A stretch of 62,403 nt of DNA, counting the filler, from Dugesia japonica (taxonomy: Eukaryota): NCBI GenBank assembly GCA_001938525.1. It is 6 parts of 6 records of this genome, joined end to end, with 100 filler letters (N's around TTAATTAATTAA, not from the genome) between each part and the next. Parts side by side here need not be neighbours in the genome. Positions count along the whole stretch, not along the records: positions 9,432 to 19,506 come from MQRL01260189.1; positions 19,607 to 27,950 come from MQRL01598964.1; 4 more parts are not named here. One strand, 5' to 3'. Positions 11,421-24,084 of the stretch are shown here, piece after piece. Below the pieces are notes generated by a model. That model had not been told where the DNA came from. It worked only from the letters and a program-made list of their open reading frames with translations, and searched no databases. Both the position numbers and the translations under genes were made by a program. The number at the start of each line of letters is the position of its first letter. Position 1 is the first letter of the stretch.

Positions 11421-14400
11421 TTTTAAGAATTATACAGAAACAAAGCACTTTACAATAGTAATCGTATAAATTAATTCGGTGGCAATGTATAGGGAATTTT
11501 TAATTCTCTATCAAAAATTATAAGATTCGATTTTAAAAATTTAAAAAATAGCGGCTATAAGCCATTATTAAATTTAAATCTTCGATAACCTTTAACCCTT
11601 ACATCATATAGTAAATTTAAAACAACTGTAATGTATTATCTATATATTTGGGAGTCCAAAGATATCAAGTTTGTCATCTTAGCTCCTTTTAAACTTGAAT
11701 TTTACTGATTTCTAAAATATAAAAATTTATAAAATTCCTGTATCTTAAATCTCGATTTTTATAAGAAAGAAAGCATTATACTATACAAGTTCATGAGACA
11801 ATCCTATCTCATATTTTCATTTTCTATATTATACGTCTGTTTCAAATTCAAAAGGTCTTGTAGTGCGCCACTCACTATCTACCTACTCTGTAGTGAATGC
11901 CGTTTTTATACCATGAAAAAAGCGTTTTTTGTTACTATTTTTTTATGCAATGTATAAGTATTTTTTAATTTTCCTTCGAATGGTACATAGTACAAAGCTA
12001 TTTAAAAATAATGGCTGTAGGTTGTTTTTTATCTTTAAAATTTTAAAAACATTTTACCTGCTTGCCCGATTGAAAATTTAGCCTACAATTCGTCTTTATA
12101 TTACGCATCAAATGATACCATAACATTAAAAAATAATTTTAATTTAAAAATAAAATAATTTTAAAAAAAAATAATTGAAAAAATTAAAACAAAATATTTT
12201 TTTACTGATATGTATTGACCAATTAGATTGTAGGATACAATATCATTGAAATTTTTCTACTGTTTTTGTCGACCAATATGATCCCTGGATACTGTATTGC
12301 TTATTTTTAGTAACATGCTTCCCACCAATTATATTGCAGGATATTGTATAACTGAAATTCTATATCAGTGTGCTAGCGGGGTAAAAGGGGGATACAGCGC
12401 CCAACTATCTTTCTACTTTGATTTGTCGGGGTGAAACACCCGAATATAAAAATAATAAAACATGCTTCTCAAAATAAAGAAATTTTGTAAAATTAATTAG
12501 AGAAATTATGATTCCCCATTAAAAAACAACAAAATTGTCGCTAAAAATAATAATTAATTAACAAGAAAAAATTAATTAATTTTTTGCAAAAAAGAGGAAT
12601 AATTGACTGAAAATCAGTTTTTGTAAGATATCTTCACTCTAGAAGATCATAAATAATCCTAGTAAGAAAATCTGAAGAAAAGTTATGGGGCAATAGAATT
12701 TTGCAACAAGAAAACTTAACCAACATCAGAAGGTTCAAGAAAAGGGTTTGAAAATTCAGCCAATCACAGACCAGAAAAGAAACATGAAACAAAGATGCGA
12801 AAAACACGAGGTGGCTTAAAAATATATACCAATGGAAGATCAAAGTCTTAGGAAAAATCAGAAAATTGGTGCCAGCACAAATAAGAATTGAGAAATTCAA
12901 AACAAAAATAGACGGCCAATGGTAAGAGAGTCGAGTTGCGAAGAAAATCCTATAAAAGCCCCCCAAAAAAACTTAAAATTTCACCGATAAAAAATCTATT
13001 TCTTACAGTTTAACAATCTACGTGAAATTCGTGATAACGAAACTCTTAAATTACTTCAAGGTCAATAGTCAAATTATTTGGATCTTATCGAGATTACTCC
13101 GGGAAAGATTATTAAGTGGAATAAAAGAAGTTGGTCTTCACAGAGAATCGAGGATTAATTAAAAGAAAAATTATTTGTTCTATCCCCTTTGCAAACCATT
13201 TATCTAGTAAGTATAAATTTAATTTTTATTATAATACCGTTACATTATTATTATGCAATAGTTAATATAAAATATTAGAAATGTGATCTTACATTATTAT
13301 TTTTCATATTTATAAATCATAACTGAAATAGACATTTTTTTCCAATTCATGCACCGCCCCACCAAATCTTATCCCAGTAATCTGACAAACCCACGGAAAC
13401 CACAAGTTGAAAAAACTTTTTCAGATAATGTAAATTTTCCCTACCACGCCACAAGTGATTGTTTACACTGGCATCAGTACTGTTTCCGTTCTTTCGTCGA
13501 GAAGTTGTAGACTCATTGGAAGATGCATGAAATTTGAAATTTGCATCCTATACTAGAATTATAGCGAGATTTCACCAGCAAATAAAGATATAATCTATAA
13601 TCACCGAGTCACTTCGGAGTATGCAAACAATACACTAAAAAAAGTTTAAGAAGTGAATAGTTACAATCAAATTCTTACCTGATAATAAATTGCTTAATTT
13701 TTATTGGATCCCTATAATTTAAGAAAATTAAATTAAATACATAAAAATTAAAAAATATAAAAATTTTTAATAATAAAGAACTTACAATATTAAGCATTGT
13801 AGCTCTTAAACTTATGATAGTGTATAACATCGAAATATCGCATTGAATTAACGAGTTGTCTAATAGATATCACATAAATTACTCACGCAATATCACTATT
13901 TACCTGTTAAGTAATCAGCAGTCATGCCATTACACACCGGTCAGCGCACACAGAACTACTAGAGAGAGTTACTGATAACCTCGGATTTTCTTGATGAGTT
14001 ACGCTAACAAGTTTTTACCAACTGTTTTAGTTTAACAAAGCATGCGAGTTCTTCACTGATCTCAATTTTAGTTTATATATAACAGATTAGCGATTTTGCT
14101 GACAAATAAAAATTCAGAGACTCGGCGAATACAATGAACCAGGGAATTGGATTGCCATTAGATATGATGATATCAAATTTCGAAGGTTACTTTGATTATG
14201 AGGGGAACTCTACTAAAACGCAGACGCTCATATATTTTTAAGGGCTCAGATATGGGATCTTTACTCTTCAGGGTTTGAAATATTAAGAAATATAGTGTCG
14301 GGAATTTTGCTGGCAAATTTCGTCAGAGTTTCATGGTTCTCCTTAATGTAACGTACATAAATTTTCAGCTAAACTTGTTCTCGTACAGCCCTACTAATAC

Positions 14401-14842
14401 TAAATGCGGCATTGAGGTAGAACCGATTCGGGTATGCACTGTAATATTTTTATTATTATTATTATTTTTGCCGTTATCATTATTGTCTTTGCTGATTGTT
14501 ATTGTTGTTAATATTAATAACCTCATGAATTAATTATCCATTATGGCAAATTGGTAACTTTACTATTAGAGTTCCCAGTTTTATTATTATTGAAATTAAT
14601 ATGTTTACTGTCGGCATTATTACATAATTATGATAAGATCCTTATGATCCCTTGTAGAATTATACAGTGTAATGTTATTACCATTGATGTCTCTGTGATG
14701 ATAGTTAATAAAAGTACTACCCCTGAGATGATATTACGACAGGAGCTGTGCCAGTAACGAGTTTTAATGCAACAACCGGGTAAATTAATTCGCGAACCAT
14801 GATCCGTGACGTTGACGAATGTTTATAATTTACTTCAGGTAG

Positions 14843-15022
14843 ATGTCTCGAATTCTGAAGGACACATTGAATTTCATACGTCAGAAAATGAATCGAGCAC
14901 GCCAAAAGAAGTTAATCGGTCATCTTCTCTTCTCCAATCTCGTTCTTTCCCCGGATGAATTAGATCTGAGATGTTTTAGGGAATTATACCCCATTCCGTG
15001 TGAGGTCGATTTAGATAATTGA
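14843..15022 (+). CDS. Element ORF1, intact 59-aa unknown protein
   Basis: MSRILKDTLNFIRQKMNRARQKKLIGHLLFSNLVLSPDELDLRCFRELYPIPCEVDLDN*, just under the ORF-track cutoff. Conserved with 6601-6786. Confidence 0.65.
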   Translation: MSRILKDTLNFIRQKMNRARQKKLIGHLLFSNLVLSPDELDLRCFRELYPIPCEVDLDN

Positions 15023-15166
15023 TTTGTGTCATTTATGGTTAAATAAATTTCTGTTTCAACTGTTGTGTTATTTATATGATTTATCTTCTAATTTTATTCT
15101 TTTTATAATGATAAGATTCGTACTTGAACATTGATTTGTTGGCATTGCCATTAATTTCAGTTTAGT

Positions 15167-15361
15167 ATGGAATATAAATGGAAAATATTGCTAGACCGTC
15201 GGACAGGCCGAACGGTTTTCAAGCGATACAAGAACCCCTACGATAGAAACGCTGGAGTTCTTGTAGATGGATCGAATCTGAATACTGAGGAAGCAGAGGA
15301 GGAAAGGCACTGGGACACCACTGATTGCCAGGCCTGTTATGATTGGTCCGGTCCCAGGTGA
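15167..15361 (+). CDS. Element ORF2, unknown protein (64 aa, possibly truncated by premature stop)
   Basis: MEYKWKILLDRRTGRTVFKRYKNPYDRNAGVLVDGSNL... is homologous to 6933-7316. Confidence 0.65.
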   Translation: MEYKWKILLDRRTGRTVFKRYKNPYDRNAGVLVDGSNLNTEEAEEERHWDTTDCQACYDWSGPR

Positions 15362-15750
15362 GCTCGAGAGGTTTACCTTGCTGTTAACATTACCTCCCCG
15401 GATAGCAATGGTCAGTTGACTACTACAAGAGAGTGGCGTGAGGGCCCATCTGTGATGTTGATAACTACTCCACACTTGCGCCCTTTTTTCTGGGCTTGGT
15501 GTGTTCATTGATAATTTGTTGGACAGACTCAAATGCTCTGAAAATTAATTAAGTGTTTTTTAGGTAGTAGTTAATAAAACATTTGGTATAACTTTGTTTT
15601 CCTGTTTTCGTAATTATTAACGATTTTTTCTTTTACAGTGCATTTCTTACTTAACCGATTATAATAATTTTGAATAGTTAAATTGACTGTAATGATTGTG
15701 AGTAATTTTTACTTTTCTATTACTTTTCACTGCCAAGAATCCTGTTACCT

Positions 15751-16091
15751 AATAGTCTCCGTCGCTGTCAACGACTTATTCAGAAATTACTACTTGAGTA
15801 TCATGTTAGACGGCAGAATGAGCGGACGTTATTACGGCATCTGACTCAGAGAAATCGCTTAATTAAAAAGCTTGACGTCATTGTCAAAAAACAGGAGATT
15901 TGGCAGAGCAGACTAACCAATTACTCACCCATAAGGTTGAATTCCTAGAGCAATACATTGCTGACTTTTCTAGTCGACTTGAGCAAGAGACATGGACGCG
16001 CTGGAATAGAGACGATGATGAAGCCGCTTTTGGTTTTATGTTTGGAGAGCCTACCCAGTGGTTAGACCCGGGTGCTATGGATTATATGTAA
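15751..16091 (+). pseudogene. Element ORF3, frameshifted coiled-coil-like protein
   Basis: NSLRRCQRLIQKLLLEYHVRRQNERTLLRHLTQRNRLIKKLDVIVKK, then a frameshift to LAEQTNQLLTHKVEFLEQYIADFSSRLEQE...GAMDYM*. The tail resembles DALDLM* in copy A. Confidence 0.45.
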
Positions 16092-17504
16092 TTTAGAACA
16101 AAATAAACGTTAATGGTAATATATATTTTTTATGATATTAAATGGGAAAATAACGAACCCAAAAATAAAGGTATACGAGGGTGTACTTCAAATAAATGAT
16201 GGAAGTCAACCACTCTATACTGAAGACCTAATAAGGGACGCTTGAAGGAGGTCTCCTGAAGGCTGTTTTTCCCTAGTCATATTTTTCAATAACACCAACT
16301 CAGATGGAACCCCAACAGATTTTTGTTATTATGTATTTCTATCTGTGATGTTGCAGATTTTGTTTTTTATCTTTAAAGTTTTACTTTCTTTTTCTTATCT
16401 CAAGGTTGTGTGGTTATTTTTTTCGAACTTTAAAGTTCTTATATAGTGGCTTGGTAATTGAAAGACTTGTCTATTGATTGTCTCTTTATGTAAAATTGTT
16501 CATCTTTTTGATTTGATTTTTTCTTTAAATCCTTTTTCTTTAGTTAATATCGAATAGTCATTTGAATTTTTTGATTGTTCTTCGTTAAACACATTTATTC
16601 TATTTATCACGTGATATCACTATATCTTTTCGGGAATTAAATTTTGAATTTTTGAATAATTTTGTTGATTTCTGTCCAAATACCATTTTTTCGAGTTTTA
16701 TAATTAAGTTTTTCTAGAAAATTCATTTCTTTTATTTAAACTTGTCCTGTATGTAAAATAATTCTATTTGATTTTTGTGTTGATGTAATGAGACACTTGT
16801 TAGTCCTAACATTCACTAATATTTAAATATTTAAGACGAATTTGATCCATAAACGTTTATTCAAATTAAAAAGATAAAAAAAATTATTAAAACCAATTTA
16901 CTTACTTTCTTTTCAATTTAAATTAATTAATTTAAAAATTATCATAATTTCAACATTTCTTACTTTTAGGCAAATAAGGATAAATCTAATAACGGATCAA
17001 CCGGGAAGATGATGGCGGCTCTTGTCTCGCTATATCCGGATTTAGAAAAGGTTATATGACGATAAGGAAAGACTACTCGCACGAATATTAGGATGGTAGT
17101 ATCAGAAAGTAAAGAAGAAATGGTTAAAAACAATTTTGTATCTAAAAATCAAAATGAATAAGAGAAAAATAATTGTAAAAATATCAAATACTAAAAAGGA
17201 TAAATTAAATAAATAAAATTTTATTGGATCATTTTGATTAAATTTAAATTAAACTCAAATTTAAATTTTATTCCAAATTTAAATCTTAAATTATAATTAA
17301 ATAAAGACTGTTTAAATAAATCAATCTAAATCATTACGAATAATTTTAAAAGGCATAATAGGTTATTTATTATAAATATGAGAATTTTTGATTTTTTTAG
17401 AAATGAAACGATCAGTGCAAACACTGATTTTACAATATTTCAAAAAACAAAAGCATAGTAGATAGCATTGTAGATTTAGAAAGTATGAAACCAGGGAAGC
17501 ACTT

Positions 17505-18324
17505 TTGTCGGAAGAAACATCTTCTTTCCCACCATCACTTTTGCCATCGTTATCAAAATTATTATCGTCATCTTATGCTTCAAGGGACAATGATCATTTT
17601 ATCAATAGAAAGGATGGTCTAGACGACATCAAAAAACTCTTAATTTACCGTAACCGAAAATTAACTGATTTCGAACTTAGATTTGAGCACGTATTTGTGA
17701 GGAAATTTAAATTAAAATTTCAAAAAAAATCTCAACCTCTTTCATTGATCCTCACAACCAGAAACGTAGCATTAAAGAAAGGAGGTATATCCAACATAAT
17801 CATCTTTTAAATCATGAAGTATATTCCGATATTTATAAAGGTATCTTCTGCAAATATTGTTCACTATTTGATGATTTTTGTGGTACTTATAGAAAAATAA
17901 GTGGAAATGTTTGTAACAAAACCTTTCATAAAGTTTGCAAAAATATTTGGAAAGGATGGTGAATTTCAAACACATGAAAATTATCTTTATCACAGAAGCT
18001 CTGTAATAATAATAATCAAAGATAATCGCGAACGGTAAATACTTATTTTTAAAACTATTCTTCTCATTTACTTTTAGTTTTCATTACAATAGTATTTAAG
18101 TAATTTTATTGTTATATACGAATATTATAGGTATAAAGTTGTATGCTAATAGTATGTAACTGTTATTATAAGCGCTTTATGCATAAATGTAATATTTATT
18201 ATAAATATCTTTCTTGAAAATAAACATTTCCGATGTATTAATTAAAATTTCTATTAAAATAAAAATATTTTTATAAATTTTTTATATTGTCCCCCTCACG
18301 AAAAATTCCTGGATCCATCTCTGG
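17505..18324 (+). mobile_element. hAT (ZMYM1-like) N-terminal TTF zinc-finger remnant
   Basis: YSDIYKGIFCKYCSLF...FVTKPFIKFAKIFGKDGEFQTHENYLYH. Ends with hAT-like CCTGGATCCATCTCTG. Confidence 0.7.
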
Positions 18325-19606
18325 ATAAATCTATAATAGTTTTATCATAAAAAATTATCAAAACTTGCAAATTCACAATTTATATTGCAGATCATCTTTA
18401 ATTAAATTTAAATCTTCATTAATAATAATTAATTTACAAATCAATGAATGTCCTTGCTTACATTTACTCAAGTACGAACCAATTGTAATGTCGTCTTCGT
18501 AAAAAAACCCAATCACATGATTACAAATCACATTGGCAATAAATATATTAGTCATAAAAAATCTATTGAAAATTTCCAAATTGGGATTTTACTGTTTCAT
18601 TGTAGCTAAATTTACACTTTCTCAAAATAAGTAATTCATGTTGAAGCCTAATTATAATTTTTCTGAAATAATTTTTGTGATTTTATTCAAAATCAAGCCA
18701 ACAATAAAACAGATTTGAACTTTATTTACACGTAAATTGTGAAGAATTTTAAATGAATGAAAATAATCTCAACTAAATAGAATCAATAATTTAGGATTAA
18801 CCATTTTTGATTAAAATTTGTATATTTAAATTGAGAAAATGTGATAATCTATTTTTAGTACATAATTTGGCTGATTTATTTACGAGTGATATTAATTTCT
18901 CTCAATTTGTTTAGGAACAAATTTGCACTTAAATAAGTGGAACAATTTAAGAATAAATTGTAAAACATTTCATAAAATCAAGTTAAAATTTTTCAGGAAT
19001 TTTATACTAATTCCCATTTAAATATAGAAACTTCATTTTTATTGTTATATTAATTCAACTAATATTATTCAATTATATTAACTTAAATTAAACAGTACGT
19101 TTTCGAGTTTTAAAGTTCATATTGTTCCGTTCTCGATATCATTCATTTTCGTGTTTGACCCTCATGCTGCGAGCGACGGATTTCTTTCGCTGTATCACTA
19201 CAAAAGGCATAAAAATCATTAACATGACATTAAACTTAAAATTCGAGTCACAGTTAACATTTTTTTAAATTATAAAATAGCCCAAAGTCATTAATAACTG
19301 ACTTTATTAAAAATGAACATTCTAAATTATAGCAGCAGGTCAATCAGCTAATTGTTGAGATGCTTTGGGGATNGTTGCCAAAGCAAATCAGCAATTGCGT
19401 GAGTTTAGTAGTCTTCAAATATATTCTTAAAAAATCCGGTTGTATTGTGTTAAACTTAGATAATTTTTCTTATATAACCTTAATAAATTTATTATATATA
19501 TTATATNNNNNNNNNNNNNNNNNNNNNNNNNNNNNNNNNNNNNNNNNNNNTTAATTAATTAANNNNNNNNNNNNNNNNNNNNNNNNNNNNNNNNNNNNNN
19601 NNNNNN

Positions 19607-19647
<41 letters not shown>

Positions 19648-21773
19648 TGTATGCAAAAATGATTAAAATTAACTAAATAGTAGATTGTAGGTGTCAGCTC
19701 CAGACCACAGTTTTCAGACACGCCGAGCAAAGTTATTATTTGACACCCCACCCGTTCCCAACTTTTTAAAATTAACAAATGCATTTTAATAGTATAGCCC
19801 TGGCTAGTAGCTAATTACAGAAAATTTCAACCAAAAACATTAGTATTTCTTAAATTTGAGAAATATCATAATGTAGAACTTTTATTTAAAAAATACAAAA
19901 AAGAAATCGATGTTTTGTGGGTTTATGATATCGTAACCATAGTTTTAATGATTTGATAATAAAATTAATCGAAACACAAAGTGGTGTCAAGGGAAAAGCA
20001 AACTTTTCTTCGTATGCATTTAATTTACTTAATTTCATAGATAGAATTTTGCACCCTGAGCGATTGCCTGGTCAGCTACCCTCTTAATTTGGCACTAGTA
20101 GGTGTGCAACAGAACCAAAGAAAATGCTGATTACATTTGAGGTGTTGAAATAAAATATAAATATGCCCGATAAATACAAAATGTGGACTTTTATCCTTGT
20201 GTTTTTATTAATGTGAGCTATTGTCAGAATTGTTATGAATTTTTATACATTCCTTATAAACAATTGATTAGTCTTTTTGGTACTAATTTCACGAATGCTT
20301 CAATATAAACAATTAGAAATGGAAGTAAAGTGTTCAAANTTTTTTTAATGAGTAGTGAGGAGTGATTACTGCAAGATAATTTTATGCATAACTGGATTTA
20401 AATCCTAAAATTCTATATGCATGCACCTTTGAATTAAGTCGCTAGTATTGATGAGAAAATGAAAAGAAGAATGATCAGTTAAATTCTATGATTTTGTTGT
20501 ATTGTCATTATATTCTGGTAGATTAACAATTTTTAAAATTAAATGCTGAATTTAAAGCTAGACAAAACTCAAATTTAATAGTAACACCACCACATCACTA
20601 TAAATGACAAGAAACAATAAATATAATGATAAAATAATGAAAAAAATCATACCATTTATTGTTAATAAGTCACCTTCTTTGCATTGGAAAATATTCATTA
20701 TATTTAATTGAAGAACCCTTTTTCTCATTGTATGAAAAAACCGTTTTGTATTTGTAAATTGAATATCAATTGCTGTAAATTGATCAGCTAACAAAATTCC
20801 TGAGAAAAATAGTTATATCACACTTTCAAAGAACAACTTTATTTTTAACCTTCTTTTTGAAGGCAATCCCTAAAAATAATTTTGCATATTTTTTTCCAAG
20901 CCAACGGTGGATAGTAACACGTTTTTTTAATATTAATTTTGCTAATGTTGCTTTGTGAATTTTGAGAGAGAACATTGACTACTAGAAAGATACTTGTGTT
21001 GGAAATATAGAAACTCTATAAAAAAAACGTTATACATATCAAATATAATTCTCGTGAAAATATTTTTAAATTTCATGATTAATAGTAGAACTAGAAACTA
21101 CTGAAAATAAACCAAACAAATTTATGTTAATTTCCAAATTCGAAGTTTACATTTTATTATCAAAAGATTTGTACTTTTATTTTTAGGCGAGTCTGAATTT
21201 AAAAGATTTTAAATATCCATAAATTTATTAATAAAATAAAAGAGAAATATTTAGATTTGTTTTCAAACAGAGCGAAATAATCTGAAATTCAACTTCATTT
21301 TTTAAGATAAATTTTTATAATTATTAAATTAAATAATTTCTGATTTTATTTAAAAACAAATATTGCAAAATTTAAATTTATTCTCAATTTAATAAACAAT
21401 TTAAAATTTAAAGAAATATTTTTATCATATTGTCTTCAACAATTTAATAATTTTTTTTATAATTTTTAAAATTTAATTTCTTTTCACACTTTTAAAGTTA
21501 CTTTATTTTAAAATTTTTAAAATCGCAGTTAAAATCTCAAAAACTCGAGCTCTTCTTACAATTACAATGGTGAGTTACTTTGTCTTTATGAAGAAACATT
21601 CCGTGGTTTCCAATATTTAAGTTTATTTAATTTCTTAGATTGAATTTTAAGTTTTCCTAAATAGAGAAGTCAAATAAAAGATAAAAACCATCAAAAGACA
21701 ATATAGATCAAATCAAAAAGTGTAATAGCATCCCAATAAATTGCATCAAGAAAATAAAGGTCCTTTTTGAAAG

Positions 21774-22778
21774 TACACCAAGACCTTGTTTAACACTTTC
21801 TTGATTACCGCAGACTCGATGTAACGCTGTCTGCTCGAAGCCTAAAAAACTGTACGCTCATTCAAATAATCTCAGCATTTTTACAACCATCTCGCTAACT
21901 TGTTCAAGTTAAAACTTGTATTCTGGTTGAAGTAGTTTTCCTACAATCCAACACTATGTCGTTAATTCAGTCGATGAATCAAGTAATCATATCAAACTTT
22001 AAAACATATTGTCTTCGTTGCAGTTTTCAACAATTTATGCATAAAAAAGATGCAAAAGTAAAGAATCAATTGAACAATTTTGGAAAAAGTATAGCATAAT
22101 GAATATCATAGGCAATATTGAACTCGCTAGTCAAGAAATAACTGAAAAATGCATAAACAGTGTTGAAATAAGTAAAAGCGGAGAAAAACAAAGTAATACA
22201 GAGAGAAGAGTCTATCGTTGACCATATAGTCAACCTACAGCAGGACTAGGAGATATAGATGAGCAGGACATTAAGGAATTACTGCAAGTTACTGGTGAGA
22301 GCCTTAAAAACGACGACATTCAAGAACTGACAAGACAAGGAATTCTTGAAGAACTTGAAAATAGTTACTCTGGAAACAAAGAGCCCAAAACACTTAGTAC
22401 AAATTTCATTAGTAAAAGTTTGGTTACTATAACTGAAGTCATTAAAATTGTGGAAAATGATCCAAATTTTGAAAAGAGTGCAAGGAGGAAGAATCCGTGT
22501 CTTGATACCGACATGTAATTAATAAGAGACGAACAATGCGATAAATAGCAATAAATGACTTTATCTCAAAAAATCAAAAACTTCAGAAGAGACAGAACTT
22601 TCATCACAAGAAAACCTCCTATATCTTAGTTCATACGTTTAGATGTTAAAAACTTTTATTTTTGTTCACAAACTCGCATTTAATTATTTACTAGATGTTA
22701 AAATGACTTCGTTTACGCTGTTTCGTTTAGGGCATTAAATGTAGGAACACCTCCTAAGCGCTAAACAAGGTCATAATT
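21774..22778 (+). mobile_element. Tigger/pogo (TIGD-like) deletion derivative
   Basis: Imperfect TIRs GACCTTGTTTAACAC / GCGCTAAACAAGGTC. Internal VEVVFLQSNTMSLIQSMNQVIISNFKTY (FLPPNTTSLIQPMDQG motif) and QFWKKYSI. Confidence 0.85.
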
Positions 22779-22945
22779 TAAAGATCAATGCTACTAAAAG
22801 ATTAAATTATTAACAGAAATAAAAAACAATCGAAACAAATTTTACAGAAAAACGATTAAAAAATAAATAAAATGTTTGGAAAATTATTAGAGATTATATA
22901 TCACTATTAACTCTTTAGGTAAGATTTGCTGTGAAATATTAGCCT

Positions 22946-22963
22946 TAACCCTAACCCTAACCC
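22946..22963. repeat. Interstitial (TAACCC)3 telomere-type repeat
   Basis: TAACCCTAACCCTAACCC seen directly. Confidence 0.6.
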
Positions 22964-23197
22964 TGAATAATTAGCAAAGATCGATAATATAATGTGATGA
23001 GACAACAAGATGTGAAGTAGACGAAACATTTCCCCGATTTTTGAAACTAAGGGGTTAAGTAATTTTATTTCATCGTAGGGCAATTAAGTGCGGACAATTT
23101 GAAGCAAAAAACGGACAATTCGTCGTAGAAAATTCATATTTAACGCTTTTAAATTTTAAAACAATAATTATATATTAGTTAAATTGATTTTGATATA

Positions 23198-23838
23198 CAA
23201 TGCCGTCCATATGTTTTGGGCTACCCCTATAATATCCATAAAATGATGAAAATATATAATTATAAGTACTTTAATTTAGTCTATATTTAAATATATCAAA
23301 GAATATGTTGAAGTACATGTTTTCAATCAAAGATTTCCAAAGTAAAATTGTAAATGTAAAAAAATTGATTTTTCAAAAAACATCAATTTTTAGGTCATTT
23401 TGAATACAAGAGTAAAAATTCAATAAAACATCTTTTATTTACATTTCNNNNNNNNNNNNNNNNNNNNNNNNNNNNNNNNNNNNNNNNNNNNNNNNNNTTA
23501 AATATATCAAAAAATATGTTGAAGTACATGTTTCCAATCAAAAATTTCCAAAGTAAAATTGTTGTCAATTTAGAAAAACCGATTTTTCCAAAAACATCAA
23601 TTTTTAGGTCATTTGGAATACAAGAGTAAAATTTCAATATAACATCTTTTATTTACGTTTCAAATGAGGAAACATATTATAAAAAAATAGTCAACCTCAT
23701 GAACAATCAAGACACTCGAAATTAGTACCTTGTATTCATACCTTTATTTTTAATTACCTCTTGAATCCTTCTTGGCATGCTTTCATAAAGATGTTTAATT
23801 TTAGATGTTGGAATCATCGCCCATTGCTCCTCACAAAT
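23198..23838 (-). mobile_element. Tc1-like transposon 3' remnant
   Basis: Minus strand ICEEQWAMIPTSKIKHLYESMPRRIQEVIKNKGMNTRY* is the Tc1 C-terminus. TA|CAATGCCGTCCATATG is a TIR-like end at 23196. Confidence 0.85.
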
Positions 23839-24084
23839 ATATATATCACAAATAATATTAGGTTTTCCTAAATAATCTAAAATAAATTAATACTATGTCA
23901 AGTAAAATAAAACATCTTACTTGATATTGTTAAATAGTGAAATAATATGAAATTATTCCATTCAGTCCATATTTATTTAATATGTTTAAACAAAATTATT
24001 TAATAAAAAATAATTGTCGAAAATATTTTAATAAATTAATTAATTTAATTTAACAAAAATCAATTTTTAAAAACATTCATTAAA

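Larger units (their letters stand above)
12424..16317 (+). mobile_element. Copy B: 3894-bp solo-LTR-like element carrying small ORFs
   Basis: Termini TGTCGGGG...CCCCAACA (7/8 inverted match). Flanked by GATT at 12420-12423 and 16318-16321 (4-bp TSD). No gag/pol motifs recognised inside. Confidence 0.75.

Noticed and set aside
18373-18700. FFYEDDI as a possible LINE RT YADD motif
   Set aside because: Too degraded; the other RT motifs were not convincing.
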